Shown: positions 1-13,990, numbered from the stretch's first letter. The stretch: DNA of 64,000 nucleotides from Eledone cirrhosa (GCA_964016885.1 OZ024743.1:95666001-95730000), one strand, 5' to 3'. The notes: a model not told the origin generated them from the sequence alone. Translations and numbers: made by a program.

Positions 1-345
1 CAGTCGTTTTTATGAAAGGTGGGTGAAAGTGGCGAGAATGGCCCGTGTGAATGGGCCTTCTCTTTACATAAGCCTGTAGGTGGAAAAGAGGAAGGAACGA
101 GGGAGCACCCCCTCTCTGTGCTCCTGAGGAAAAGGGTTGCACACTTTTTTCGGGGGTGTGTGCGACCCCCCAAGGCGCCTCCTCTCTATTGAGGATTTTG
201 TTAAAAATTTTATTTTTTGTTATATCTTATTTTATTTTTATATTTTGTTATTGCCTCCTCCTTATTGAGGACGCCTTTTTGTGTAAACTCCCCCCTTTGT
301 ACTTGTCCCACTTTTGATGCCCTAGTGGCAAATAAAAGAAACTTA
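1..345 (+). mobile_element. Possible 3' end of an L1/Tx1-like LINE (ORF2 C-terminus plus 3' UTR)
   Basis: Frame 2 reads SRFYERWVKVARMARVNGPSLYISL* (stop at 77-79), resembling the Tx1 ORF2 C-terminal F-x-E-R-W motif. A T-rich 3' UTR follows, then AATAAA at about 330 and a (TA)n tract. Confidence 0.4.
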
Positions 346-349
346 TCTA

Positions 350-383
<34 letters not shown>

Positions 384-428
384 GTCACGAAACATAAGTC
401 AATTGCATGAACTCATAATCCTTTATTT

Positions 429-484
429 ACTGCTATATATATTTCGATGATAGCCATTGAATGGCTATGACCTCATCAGGCAGT
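429..484 (-). ncRNA. Type I hammerhead ribozyme (PLE pLTR-derived)
   Basis: Minus strand: actgc-CTGATGA-ggtc-atagccat-tca-atggctat-catc-GAAA-tatata-TA-gcagt. Stem I is a perfect 5 bp, stem II is long, stem III is palindromic, and AATAAA follows. Confidence 0.75.
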
Positions 485-531
485 TAGTCGGTTCTTAGAT
501 ATGCCAGCTCTGTGTTTATAGTGTTGATGGT

Positions 532-604
<73 letters not shown>

Positions 605-726
605 CGCCAGCACCCTATGTATATGCAAGAGATGTCAACATAAATGGACCTGCTATTTTTATCTAAAGACATTTTTTTCCAATAACATCCCGCCAGTCCC
701 CTCAATCTATCTTATTTCTCATTCTT

Positions 727-762
727 TCTTCTGATGAAGGACTAGCGCCCGAAACATTAAGA
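727..762 (+). ncRNA. Degenerate minimal hammerhead motif
   Basis: tctt-CTGATGA-aggactagcgccc-GAAA-ca-TT-aaga. Stem I tctt/aaga pairs, but stems II and III are weak. Confidence 0.45.
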
Positions 763-845
763 CACTCTTCCTGCTATATCAAGCGTTAACCTAATATATC
801 CCTTCCATATACTGTAACGTTGTGTTGTTATTTCTGTTTACCTTT

Positions 846-901
<56 letters not shown>

Positions 902-1429
902 TAAGGACATAGATATAACCAGATTGTAGGAACTGGAATCAGGAACCATCCCCCATAACAATAATAGCCCTGGGAATGGCTAAAAGGATAGAGATAAATA
1001 AATCATCCAAACCCCAGAAGTTAGACATACACATACAATTACATATACACCCACAAAACATAGAGAAAGAAACGCTACTAGATACTGCATATATATTAGT
1101 TAGTATACTTTAGATCTTATTTAAATATACAATATAATGAATATAGTACTATACACTGCACTGGTTACCTCAATTATTTCCAGTGCAATAGAAAGAAAGA
1201 AAAATACATACTTCAAAGCGCACATACTTTTATTATAATAAATACATACATTATGTATATACAATAGATGTTTTTATAGTAATTTCAGTTAAACGTTTTA
1301 AGTCAATTATGCTATTGAAACTGCTCTTCCTGTTTTAAAGTAACAGATGCATTTATATTAGATATTATATTTGGTACTTTAGCCAGAGTTATTCAATCCG
1401 TCAATGGTATTCCATAATGGTGTGTCTTC

Positions 1430-1930
1430 TTCGTCCACTTATTCCTGAGAGGGTCATGAGGGAAGAGTCTTCAAATCCTTCTTCTAGCGGGTCCTATCAG
1501 AAGCACCTGTCCCGAACTGATTTGTTTGCGATACCAGCCAAGCTCATGGGTGTTATCCAACCATCTTGCTTATGATCTACATTTCCCGTAAAATCTCTCC
1601 AGTGATTCTTTCCTGAGACATTCTAATCAAATGCCCATATTATCCGAGCTGTGATCTCTCAATTCGGTGACGTAGCGGCCTAACTGGAGTGACTCTCTGA
1701 TCACCGAGATCCGCATTCTATCGAGTAACATTACTCCAAAAATCCTTCGGAGGAACCCAATTTCGGCTGCTTATAATCGCGATCGTATTTTTTCGGTCAT
1801 TACGCAAAATTTATGACGATATGTAAGGGTTGGCACGAATACCAAATTGAAGATAGCGAATTTGGCTTTTACACCTACTTCCCTTGTTGTGATTACTGAA
1901 TGCTGAAGCTATCTCATTACTGAATTGGCA
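1430..1930 (-). mobile_element. Degraded RTE-clade LINE, C-terminal part of RT ORF
   Basis: Minus-strand translation gives REVGVKAKFAIFNLVFVPTLTYRHKFCVMTEKIRSRL*AAEIGFLRRI, matching the RTE-type LTYG.E.W...AAEM.FLRRI region. It contains stops and frameshifts. Confidence 0.6.
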
Positions 1931-2113
1931 GTCTTTAGAACGTCGGATAGACTACTTCGTTATTATATACGTTTAGGCTTCCTACACTCTGAGCTCAAAT
2001 CCCGCCGAGGTCAATGTTATCTTTCATGTTTCCTTTGTCGATAAAGAAAGTACCAATGCTGCGGTTGATTATTCCTCTATTTCTGTTTCACTGGAAGAAA
2101 TATGAGCTCCACT

Positions 2114-5100
2114 AGGTTTACATGACCCTGTGATACTGAATATCGCCATGACGCTCCCCCAGGTTTACATGACCCTGTGATACTGAATATCGCCATGACG
2201 CTCCCCCAGGTTTACATGACCCTGTGATACTGAATATCGCCATGACGCTCCCCCAGGTTTACATGACCCTGTGATGCTGTATGTCGCCATGACGCTCCCC
2301 CAGGTTTACATGACCCTGTGATGCTGTATGTCGCCATGACGCTCCCCCAGGTTTACATGACCCTGTGATGCTGAATATCGCCATGACGCTCCCCCAAGTT
2401 TACATGACCCTGTGATGCTGTATGTCGCCATGACGCTCCCCCAGGTTTACATGACCCTGTGATGCTGAATATCGCCATGACGCTCCCCCAGGTTTACATG
2501 CCCCTGTGATGCTGTATGTCGCCATGACGCTCCCCCAGGTTTACATGACCCTGTGATGCTGTATGTCGCCATGACGCTCCCCCAGGTTTACATGACCCTG
2601 TGATGCTGTATGTCGCCATGACGCTCCCCCAGGTTTACATGACCCTGTGATGCTGCATGTCGCCATTACACTCCCCCAGGTTTACATGACCCTGTGATGC
2701 TGTATGTCGCCATGACGCTCTCCCAGGTTTACATGACCCTGTGATGCTGTATGTCGCCATGACGCTCCCCCAGGTTTACATGACCCTGTGATGCTGTATG
2801 TCGCCATGACGCTCCCCCAGGTTTACATGACCCTGTGATGCTGTATGTCGCCATGACGCTCCCCCAGGTTTACATGACCCTGTGATGCTGAATATCGCCA
2901 TGACGCTCCCCCAGGTTTACATGACCCTGTGATGCTGAATATCGCCATGACGCTCCCCCAGGTTTACATGACCCTGTGATGCTGCATGTCGCCATTACAC
3001 TCCCCCAGGTTTACATGACCCTGTGATGCTGTATGTCGCCATGACGCTCCCCCAGGTTTACATGACCCTGTGATGCTGTATGTCGCCATGACGCTCCCCC
3101 AGGTTTACATGACCCTGTGATGCTGTATGTCGCCATGACGCTCCCCCAGGTTTACATGACCCTGTGATGCTGTATGTCGCCATGACGCTCCCCCAGGTTT
3201 ACATGACCCTGTGATGCTGAATATCGCCATGACGCTCCCCCAGGTTTACATGACCCTGTGATGCTGTATGTCGCCATGACGCTCCCCCAGGTTTACATGA
3301 CCCTGTGATGCTGAATATCGCCATGACGCTCCCCCAGGTTTACATGACCCTGTGATGCTGCATGTCGCCATTACACTCCCCCAGGTTTACATGACCCTGT
3401 GATGCTGTATGTCGCCATTACACTCCCCCAGGTTTACATGACCCTGTGATGCTGAATGTCGCCATGACGCTCCCCCAGGTTTACATGACCCTGTGATGCT
3501 GTATGTCGCCATGACGCTCCCCCAGGTTTACATGACCCTGTGATGCTGCATGTCGCCATTACACTCCCCCAGGTTTACATGACCCTGTGATGCTGTATGT
3601 CGCCATGACGCTCCCCCAGGTTTACATGACCCTGTGATGCTGTATGTCGCCATGACGCTCCCCCAGGTTTACATGACCCTGTGATGCTGCATGTCGCCAT
3701 TACACTCCCCCAGGTTTACATGACCCTGTGATGCTGTATGTCGCCATGACGCTCTCCCAGGTTTACATGACCCTGTGATGCTGTATGTCGCCATGACGCT
3801 CCCCCAGGTTTACATGACCCTGTGATGCTGTATGTCGCCATGACGCTCCCCCAGGTTTACATGACCCTGTGATGCTGTATGTCGCCATGACGCTCCCCCA
3901 GGTTTACATGACCCTGTGATGCTGAATATCGCCATGACGCTCCCCCAGGTTTACATGACCCTGTGATGCTGAATATCGCCATGACGCTCCCCCAGGTTTA
4001 CATGACCCTGTGATGCTGCATGTCGCCATTACACTCCCCCAGGTTTACATGACCCTGTGATGCTGTATGTCGCCATGACGCTCCCCCAGGTTTACATGAC
4101 CCTGTGATGCTGTATGTCGCCATGACGCTCCCCCAGGTTTACATGACCCTGTGATGCTGTATGTCGCCATGACGCTCCCCCAGGTTTACATGACCCTGTG
4201 ATGCTGTATGTCGCCATGACGCTCCCCCAGGTTTACATGACCCTGTGATGCTGAATATCGCCATGACGCTCCCCCAGGTTTACATGACCCTGTGATGCTG
4301 TATGTCGCCATGACGCTCCCCCAGGTTTACATGACCCTGTGATGCTGAATATCGCCATGACGCTCCCCCAGGTTTACATGACCCTGTGATGCTGCATGTC
4401 GCCATTACACTCCCCCAGGTTTACATGACCCTGTGATGCTGTATGTCGCCATTACACTCCCCCAGGTTTACATGACCCTGTGATGCTGAATGTCGCCATG
4501 ACGCTCCCCCAGGTTTACATGACCCTGTGATGCTGTATGTCGCCATGACGCTCCCCCAGGTTTACATGACCCTGTGATGCTGCATGTCGCCATTACACTC
4601 CCCCAGGTTTACATGACCCTGTGATGCTGTATGTCGCCATGACGCTCCCCCAGGTTTACATGACCCTGTGATGCTGTATGTCGCCATGACGCTCCCCCAG
4701 GTTTACATGACCCTGTGATGCTGAATATCGCCATGACGCTCCCCCAGGTTTACATGCCCCTGTGATGCTGTATGTCGCCATGACGCTCCCCCAGGTTTAC
4801 ATGACCCTGTGATGCTGTATGTCGCCATGACGCTCCCCCAGGTTTACATGACCCTGTGATGCTGTATGTCGCCATGACGCTCCCCCAGGTTTACATGACC
4901 CTGTGATGCTGCATGTCGCCATTACACTCCCCCAGGTTTACATGACCCTGTGATGCTGTATGTCGCCATGACGCTCTCCCAGGTTTACATGACCCTGTGA
5001 TGCTGTATGTCGCCATGACGCTCCCCCAGGTTTACATGACCCTGTGATGCTGTATGTCGCCATGACGCTCCCCCAGGTTTACATGACCCTGTGATGCTGA

Positions 5101-8078
5101 ATATCGCCATGACGCTCCCCCAGGTTTACATGACCCTGTGATGCTGTATGTCGCCATGACGCTCCCCCAGGTTTACATGACCCTGTGATGCTGAATATCG
5201 CCATGACGCTCCCCCAGGTTTACATGACCCTGTGATGCTGCATGTCGCCATTACACTCCCCCAGGTTTACATGACCCTGTGATGCTGTATGTCGCCATTA
5301 CACTCCCCCAGGTTTACATGACCCTGTGATGCTGAATGTCGCCATGACGCTCCCCCAGGTTTACATGACCCTGTGATGCTGAATATCGCCATGACGCTCC
5401 CCCAGGTTTACATGCCCCTGTGATGCTGTATGTCGCCATGACGCTCCCCCAGGTTTACATGACCCTGTGATGCTGTATGTCGCCATGACGCTCCCCCAGG
5501 TTTACATGACCCTGTGATGCTGTATGTCGCCATGACGCTCCCCCAGGTTTACATGACCCTGTGATGCTGCATGTCGCCATTACACTCCCCCAGGTTTACA
5601 TGACCCTGTGATGCTGTATGTCGCCATGACGCTCCCCCAGGTTTACATGACCCTGTGATGCTGTATGTCGCCATGACGCTCCCCCAGGTTTACATGACCC
5701 TGTGATGCTGTATGTCGCCATGACGCTCCCCCAGGTTTACATGACCCTGTGATGCTGTATGTCGCCATGACGCTCCCCCAGGTTTACATGACCCTGTGAT
5801 GCTGAATATCGCCATGACGCTCCCCCAGGTTTACATGACCCTGTGATGCTGAATATCGCCATGACGCTCCCCCAGGTTTACATGACCCTGTGATGCTGCA
5901 TGTCGCCATTACACTCCCCCAGGTTTACATGACCCTGTGATGCTGTATGTCGCCATGACGCTCCCCCAGGTTTACATGACCCTGTGATGCTGTATGTCGC
6001 CATGACGCTCCCCCAGGTTTACATGACCCTGTGATGCTGTATGTCGCCATGACGCTCCCCCAGGTTTACATGACCCTGTGATGCTGTATGTCGCCATGAC
6101 GCTCCCCCAGGTTTACATGACCCTGTGATGCTGAATATCGCCATGACGCTCCCCCAGGTTTACATGACCCTGTGATGCTGTATGTCGCCATGACGCTCCC
6201 CCAGGTTTACATGACCCTGTGATGCTGAATATCGCCATGACGCTCCCCCAGGTTTACATGACCCTGTGATGCTGCATGTCGCCATTACACTCCCCCAGGT
6301 TTACATGACCCTGTGATGCTGTATGTCGCCATTACACTCCCCCAGGTTTACATGACCCTGTGATGCTGAATGTCGCCATGACGCTCCCCCAGGTTTACAT
6401 GACCCTGTGATGCTGTATGTCGCCATGACGCTCCCCCAGGTTTACATGACCCTGTGATGCTGCATGTCGCCATTACACTCCCCCAGGTTTACATGACCCT
6501 GTGATGCTGTATGTCGCCATGACGCTCCCCCAGGTTTACATGACCCTGTGATGCTGTATGTCGCCATGACGCTCCCCCAGGTTTACATGACCCTGTGATG
6601 CTGAATATCGCCATGACGCTCCCCCAGGTTTACATGCCCCTGTGATGCTGTATGTCGCCATGACGCTCCCCCAGGTTTACATGACCCTGTGATGCTGTAT
6701 GTCGCCATGACGCTCCCCCAGGTTTACATGACCCTGTGATGCTGTATGTCGCCATGACGCTCCCCCAGGTTTACATGACCCTGTGATGCTGCATGTCGCC
6801 ATTACACTCCCCCAGGTTTACATGACCCTGTGATGCTGTATGTCGCCATGACGCTCTCCCAGGTTTACATGACCCTGTGATGCTGTATGTCGCCATGACG
6901 CTCCCCCAGGTTTACATGACCCTGTGATGCTGTATGTCGCCATGACGCTCCCCCAGGTTTACATGACCCTGTGATGCTGTATGTCGCCATGACGCTCCCC
7001 CAGGTTTACATGACCCTGTGATGCTGAATATCGCCATGACGCTCCCCCAGGTTTACATGACCCTGTGATGCTGAATATCGCCATGACGCTCCCCCAGGTT
7101 TACATGACCCTGTGATGCTGCATGTCGCCATTACACTCCCCCAGGTTTACATGACCCTGTTATGCTGTATGTCGCCATGACGTTTCCCCAGGTTTACATG
7201 ACCCTGTGATGCTGTATGTCGCCATGACGCTCCCCCAGGTTTACATGACCCTGTGATGCTGAATATCGCCATGACGCTCCCCCAGGTTTACATGACCCTG
7301 TGATGCTGTATGTCGCCATGACGCTCCCCCAGGTTTACATGACCCTGTGATGCTGAATATCGCCATGACGCTCCCCAGGTTTACATGACCCTGTGATGCT
7401 GCATGTCGCCATTACACTCCCCCAGGTTTACATGACCCTGTGATGCTGTATGTCGCCATTACACTCCCCCAGGTTTACATGACCCTGTGATGCTGAATGT
7501 CGCCATGACGCTCCCCCAGGTTTACACGACCCTGTGATGCTGTATGTCGCCATGACCCTCCCCCAGGTTTACATGACCCTGTGATGCTGCATGTCGCCAT
7601 TACACTCCCCCAGGTTTACATGACCCTGTGATGCTGTATGTCGCCATGACGCTCCCCCAGGTTTACATGACCCTGTGATGCTGTATGTCGCCATGACGCT
7701 CCCCCAGATTTACATGACCCTGTGATGCTGCATGTCGCCATGACGCTCCCCCAGGTTTACATGACCCTGTGATGCTGTATGTCGCCATGTCGCTCCCCCA
7801 GGTTTACATGACCCTGTGATGCTGTATGTCGCCATGTCGCTCCCCCAGGTTTACATGACCCTGTGATGCTGTATGTCGCCATGACGCTCCCCCAGGTTTA
7901 CATGCCCCTGTGATGCTGTATGTCACTATGTCGCTCCCCCAGGTTTAGATGCCCCTGTGATGCTGTATGTCGCCATGACGCTCCCCCAGGTTTACATGAC
8001 CCTGTGATGCTGTATGTCGCCATGTCGCTCCCCCAGGTTTACATGACCCTGTGATGCTGTATGTCGCCATGACGCTCC
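2114..8078. repeat. 47-bp minisatellite, about 127 copies
   Basis: Unit caggtttacatgaccctgtgatgctgtatgtcgccatgacgctcccc with period 47 (e.g. 2161 to 2208). Only a few recurrent variant units occur. Confidence 0.97.
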
Positions 8079-8394
8079 TACGACTCAATTCAGAAGGATT
8101 TAGAAATAATTGCTTAGTTTAGTCAACATTTGTTCAGAAATATTTTATCTCGCTTTGGGGTGGGAAAAATGGAATCCATAGTCTTGTAGAGCACCATAAG
8201 GGAACGTGGTCTAGTGGCTAGAATACTGGACTCACGATCATAACGTCCTGGGTTCAATTTCTGGATTGTTTCATGATGTAATTGGGTTTCCTATCATTGA
8301 AGCATCCAAGAGACCTCGAATGAAAGGCAACCTCGAAGGAGGTCAGCTGATCATGTATAGGTGGATCACATCGAATTCATCAAGTAATTTTATT

Positions 8395-9145
8395 GGATTG
8401 GAAGAATCGGTAGAGCATTGGACAACATGTTTAGTGACATAGAGTTATGTCCCTTTACGTTCTGAGTTCAAATCCCACTGAGGTTAGTTTTGCCTTTCAT
8501 CCTTACGGGGTCGATAAAATAGAGTAACATTAATGTACTGGTGTCGATTTTATCGATTTTCCTTTTCCCCAAAAATTGTTGGCCTTGTGTCTAAATCAGA
8601 AACCTTGTCTGGGCAGTGGTGTCGTGGCGGTTTATGACCCAAGTAAAAGGCATCTGGCAAGTATACGAAAAAACTAAATTCGCTACAACCCTTGATCGAA
8701 ATGTGTAGCTTTTTCCAATTATACATCATTATTTATTGGATTGGCGGTATCGATAGAGGGTCGGACGCCATGCTTTGACGCATCGAGTTACGGCCCTTGC
8801 CATTCTGAGTTCAAATCCCGCCGAGGTTAACTTTGCCTTTCATCCTTACGGGGTCGATAAAATAAAGTACCAGTCACGTACTGGGGTCGATTTAATCGAC
8901 TTTCCCCTCCCCCAAAATTGCAGACCTATATAAGAAACCATTATTTATTAGCCAGGTGGTGGATTGGCAGTATTGGTATAGGGTCGGACGTCATGCTTTG
9001 ACGCATAGAGTTACGGCCCTTGCCATTCTGAGCTCAAATCCCGCCGAGGTTAACTTTGCCTTTCATCCTTACGGGGTCAATAAAATAACGTAATACACTG
9101 GGTAATTGCTGGCCTTGTGCTAAAAGAAGAAACAATTATTTATTA
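8395..9145 (+). mobile_element. Three near-tandem copies of a tRNA-derived SINE (family A, octopus-like)
   Basis: Repeated ...ttggcag...ttctgagttcaaatcccgccgaggttaactttgcctttcatccttacggggtcgataaaat...gtac at about 8395, 8738 and 8955, with a B-box-like GTTCAAATCC. Many dispersed copies occur elsewhere in the window. Confidence 0.75.
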
Positions 9146-9542
9146 GCCTGATGATTTTATTGCTCATATATCATGAAAATAATATTGTATGTGATACATA
9201 GTACTGAACTTAAATTTGTTTCTAACGCTAAGACGTGTAATTGAGATATTGATATAAGTTTATAGATATAACATGTAATGTTAACAAATTACTTGATATA
9301 CTGCCAACCAGTGGCGAAGGGTAACCTGGAAATCAGGGCATGCAGTCCAATCGCCATGGCGGAAAGTGGGGCTGTGCAGCCTCCCCCCCCCCCCCAATTC
9401 CCTCTAAATGACTCTCCCGGTCAAAGCCGCATGTAGTGTTATCTAGTGCGTGTGTGTGTGTTATCTTTTTATGTGTCTACGATTTAGCAAGCAGCCAAAA
9501 TTCTGCTTGCTTCAACCGATTCTGTCGTGTGTTTGTGTGTAT

Positions 9543-9581
<39 letters not shown>

Positions 9582-10635
9582 CTTTTATGTTTCTACGATT
9601 TAGTAAGCAGCCAAAATTCTGCTTGCTTCAACCGACGCAATTGAACAACTCAAGATTCTATAACGCATGCACTGCATGCGTTGCATGCACGGACCCTTCG
9701 TCTCTGCTGCCAACTTTATAGCAACAGTACTACCACCATAGTAAGAAAAGGAAGGATGATTCTGATGAAAATATTATGGCTTCTATTAGAATTGGGAAGA
9801 AGAGGGTTATGCTCAGACTGGATAAACCTTCCATAGTTTTTTACTATCAAATCTCATTTACAAGTGTTTGGTTGATCCCAGACAGTAGAAGACTATTTCA
9901 CAAGGTGTGGCACAGTAGGATCAAATCACAAACCACGTATTTAAAAGAAACTCTTTGAAACATGCTGCGGGTGTTGCTGGCTGTCTCCGTGGCAACGCCT
10001 TCACCATTTTGTCCGCGGGTTCAGCTGGGATATAACGCCTAACTGGAGTGCAGAATCTGCCACTCCCCACTTCCGGCTACCTATTTAATGTTTTATTTTT
10101 TATTGCAGACCTTATATAATTTTATTGAAATTTGTTATATAAATTCTTTCTATTTTCTTTTGATGGCATGTCACTTCATAAGCTAATTAATGAAGCTAAA
10201 GTAAATTATATGTGTATATATATGTATATATAGTCCCGTAACTGCTGGGGAAGTCGGAGTGGCGCCATGTTGTCACTCGGGGTTTCTTTGATATTTTTAT
10301 ACCTGGCAGAACCCATCTCTTCTCCAGGTCTGAATATAGCAGATATCTTCCAGAGAAGGATAGAGAGTGAAAGAAAGGCAGTAAGAAAGAGATATAGAGG
10401 AAGGACCGACCTCAGTATCAGACTCGTACATTTTCATCGACATCGAAAGGATGAAAGATAAAGTTTACCTCTGTGGGATTTAACTCAAAGCCACAAAGCA
10501 TTCTCTCCGACTCTGAATATTTCACCATCTAAATTATTTGTGATGTTATAATTTCGGTTTCTGCTTGAAAAACATCTAATTTTTTTCGAGTGTTCGCACC
10601 TGAATTCTAGTTTTCCCCTGTGTTTTAGTCTACTG

Positions 10636-11115
10636 CAGAGGTTCTCAAACGGTTCGGCCACCCGACCCCCACCCCTCACGGCCACTTAATGCCCTCAGTC
10701 CCACCAACCCTATTTCCAGAGAGACCTACCTACATGTAATTGTAAATAATATATAATAAATAAAATCATTAATTTATATATTTTTTGAAAGCAGGGGAGT
10801 ACGTGACTCTGATGAACGCCAACCAGCGTGAAACAGACTGTCAGCTTCTCTCCCTTCTTTTGCTGAAAAGAAGTAAGTGACATAGTCACTACTTAAAAAC
10901 TGATAGCGTATGGTCTTCTAAATGTTTTTAATTAAACATACAGTATATTGTCAAATATACTATACATACATTCATATATTTTTTATTTTAATATACTTAT
11001 ATATAATATGTATCATTTGATATTTAATATACTTTATATCATCTCTACCACCACCCCACCACTCCCTTAGGCCCCAGTGCTTCTAGGACCCTCTCCCCTA
11101 TTTTGAGAATCACTG
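10636..11115. mobile_element. Non-autonomous hAT (Charlie-like) MITE
   Basis: TIRs cagaggttctcaaa / tttgagaatcactg, with an exact 8-bp TSD GTCTACTG at 10628-10635 and 11116-11123. Confidence 0.78.
10795..10854 (+). ncRNA. Type I hammerhead ribozyme
   Basis: CTGATGA-acgc-caacca-gcgt-GAAA-cagactg-TC. Stem II is a perfect 4 bp, stem III is quasi-palindromic, and an interrupted stem I is closed by gggag/ctccc. Confidence 0.7.
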
Positions 11116-11982
11116 GTCTACTGTATCCCCAAACTGTGTTTAGTTAACCTATATGTGCAAAACGTATCTTAATCTGTTTATACTCCGAATATAATTTGGT
11201 GACACCCTTATCATTTTGCCAATATCTCCTTTTTTCTGATATCATTTAAAGAGACTGTTCGCTTTAACACTAAAATATCAAATAGAGGTTTATTATCTTC
11301 AGTGAACTTAAGTAGTTTGTTTGCTAATTAATCATTACTTTGACCAGTCACCATTTACCATCTGTGATGCCCGAGTATATTGCACAGATAACAATAACGA
11401 CCTTTTATATCTCTTCAGTGCCTAATTTGGATTGAAATATGAAATACTAGAGCATCATATGGGAATTTTTTCTCAGATTCTCCCTTCTAGCACATTACTC
11501 AAATGTTAAAACAATCTTCCGTTCATGCCACACAAATATTCCCCCTTTTTTTATTAGCTACTTTTCCTGACGCAAATATTTCATCAAATACATTTTTACT
11601 GAGATATTTTGAAAGTGGGGGTAAATATGAATCTATAGCAAAATGTCAATGAAATATATTTAAACTTAACGATTAATGATAAGTCGCACATCATAACGTA
11701 GATATATTTGCTTGTGAAATGAAACAGTAGCATTTTCATTATAGGCTTATACAGTTCCTTTTACCTTATTATTTACGTCAACCCGCCGCAAGCTGATAAA
11801 ATATATTAGTTATCTAGTTGCCTGTTATGGAAGTTATCCAGTGTGACATAGATCTGCCTGCAGGGAATACAATAGGATATTATATTCATATATTCGGTTG
11901 TTATACCTAGAAAATAAATAAACGAAAGGCGTTATCGTGTAGATGAAAGAGTAAATACACATAGACACACACGCACACACAC

Positions 11983-12058
<76 letters not shown>

Positions 12059-12734
12059 ATGTATATACATATATATCACATGTATATATATATATATATA
12101 CATATTTCATTCACCCCTCTTTCGGCTGGCCTCTTCCTCACACTTTCACTCACTCGCTCTCTGCTACTCCTCCTCTCTCACTTCCTCCCGTCTGACCTGT
12201 GTGAAATCCTTTTCTCGCTCACATTTCGCTAGGTTTGGACGCGTCTGTTCTTCTCGTCATTGATTTGGTAGAACTTAAGTTCACATGTATCACTGACTTG
12301 CTTTCTCATCTTCCTCTCTTTACGTTGCATTACCATTCTGTTTATTTACATGTCTCTCTTTCTCCACCCAATTCTTTTTATCCCAATAACTTATTTTAGT
12401 TATTGCTCGCACTGTCTTGAGGTATCTGGTCTTTAATGCGAAGAAATACCGATGATAGCCAGAAGATCACTGATGATGGATAGTCCTGGTTTCTTGCTCT
12501 TTTTTTTATTTCACTTGTATCACATTCGCAACAACGCAGTACGCCTTTTGTCATACATATATATATATGACCGGGTGTTGTGTTGTTTCCTTGAGCAAGA
12601 CACTTTATTTCACGTTGCTCCAGTTTGCTCAGCTGCAGAAATGAGATGAAGAGGTACCAGCCTACCGCCCAGCCAGTGGGATGGCGTTATCTTATGGCTA
12701 AAACAGCACGACGTGCTATGATCAGCGGCGCCTA

Positions 12735-13480
12735 AAAATAGCAGCCTGGCTGACAGTACAATAAAAATTAGCTCTACATGATGGAGCCAACAAATATATA
12801 TTGAGTTAAGAACTCAGAGTAGTCTCTTACAATTAAATAGCTCTAAGAAAAAAGCTTTTCCGAGCCGTAGAATATAATTGAATAAACAAGAGAGATGAAC
12901 ACTAATATAAACATACATGTGTTCGAATCATAAGGACTAAATTTGCTAGGGTGAAAAAATACTAACTACAGCAATATAGTTTGTTATCCTCAACTTTAAA
13001 TATTAAATTAAGAAAAATTAAGAAAAATAACAGACCTATATTGGGCTCCATCATGTAGAGCTAATTTTTATTGTCCTGTCAGCCAGGCTGCTATTTTTAG
13101 CGTGAGGGAATTTCGAGACAAGCTGAGTTCCGAATGACACGTGCGATAATTCATATCGTACACAATTCATTCTCTAATATTTTTAGAAGTGAAAGGATCA
13201 CTAATTCCTCAACAACTACTGAAGAGCAGAGAAACGTGAGAACTTCACTTAATAAGTCGTTGCGAAACAGTCTCCAACACTGTCTAGTTGTTACCAAGCA
13301 TTTTTGCCCAATATAGGTCTGTTATTTTTCTTTATTTTTCTTAATTTGATATTTAAAGTTAAGGATAACAAACTATATTGCTGTAGTTAGTATTTTTTCA
13401 CCTTTGCAAATTTTAGTCCTTACGATTCGAACACATGTAAGTTTATATTAGTGTTCATCTCTCTTGTTTATTCAATTATA
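12735..13480 (+). mobile_element. PLE pLTR remnant with interleaved inverted repeats
   Basis: About 12870-13045 is the reverse complement of about 13306-13480, and about 12735-12790 is the reverse complement of about 13045-13100. It contains an HHR and ends in (TA)n. Confidence 0.65.
13211..13292 (+). ncRNA. Type I hammerhead ribozyme, fully paired
   Basis: aacaacta-CTGAAGA-gca...tgc-GAAA-cagt-ctccaac-actg-TC-tagttgtt. Stem I is a perfect 8 bp and stem III is 5 bp, with a GUC site (cleavage predicted after 13284). Confidence 0.85.
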
Positions 13481-13502
13481 TATATATATATATACATGTA
13501 TA

Positions 13503-13705
13503 TAGGAAAATGTTCAGGACCCCGACAGCAGAGCTCAAGCCGTTCTGACGGCTATTTCTGGACTGAAATAGCCGTCGAAACGGCTTGAGCTCTGCCGTCG
13601 GGGTCCTGAACATTTTCATATTACCCACTCTACTACCAAAAGTATCGAGTACGCTGGTGCGTTATGGTCCATCTGGTTCCTTACCACACTTCCTTGATCA
13701 TACAT
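13503..13705 (+). mobile_element. Short fold-back PLE-terminus element carrying the 3' half of an HHR
   Basis: An approximately 110-bp palindrome plus tail lies between TA tracts, with GAAA-cggc-ttgagctct-gccg-TC at 13577-13599. Related copies are at 14423-14617 (-) and about 43440-43650 (+). Confidence 0.65.
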
Positions 13706-13728
13706 GTATATATATATATGCATATCTA

Positions 13729-13804
<76 letters not shown>

Positions 13805-13806
<2 letters not shown>

Positions 13807-13946
13807 ATATTTACGTATCGAGAGAGAAGGAGGGATAGGTGATACATGTAGTTATTTGCCAATAGCGAATGCAAAGGGTGCTCAATACTAGTGCCGGCAG
13901 TGTTAAATATTAGAAGTGTTAATATCTAGCGGGCGAGAGAATTAAC

Positions 13947-13990
<44 letters not shown>

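Noticed and set aside
2114-8078. CRISPR-like array
   Set aside because: Units are contiguous with no unique spacers, there are no cas genes, and the context is eukaryotic.
8203-8270. tRNA gene
   Set aside because: A- and B-box-like words are present but there is no complete cloverleaf. It is a SINE head.
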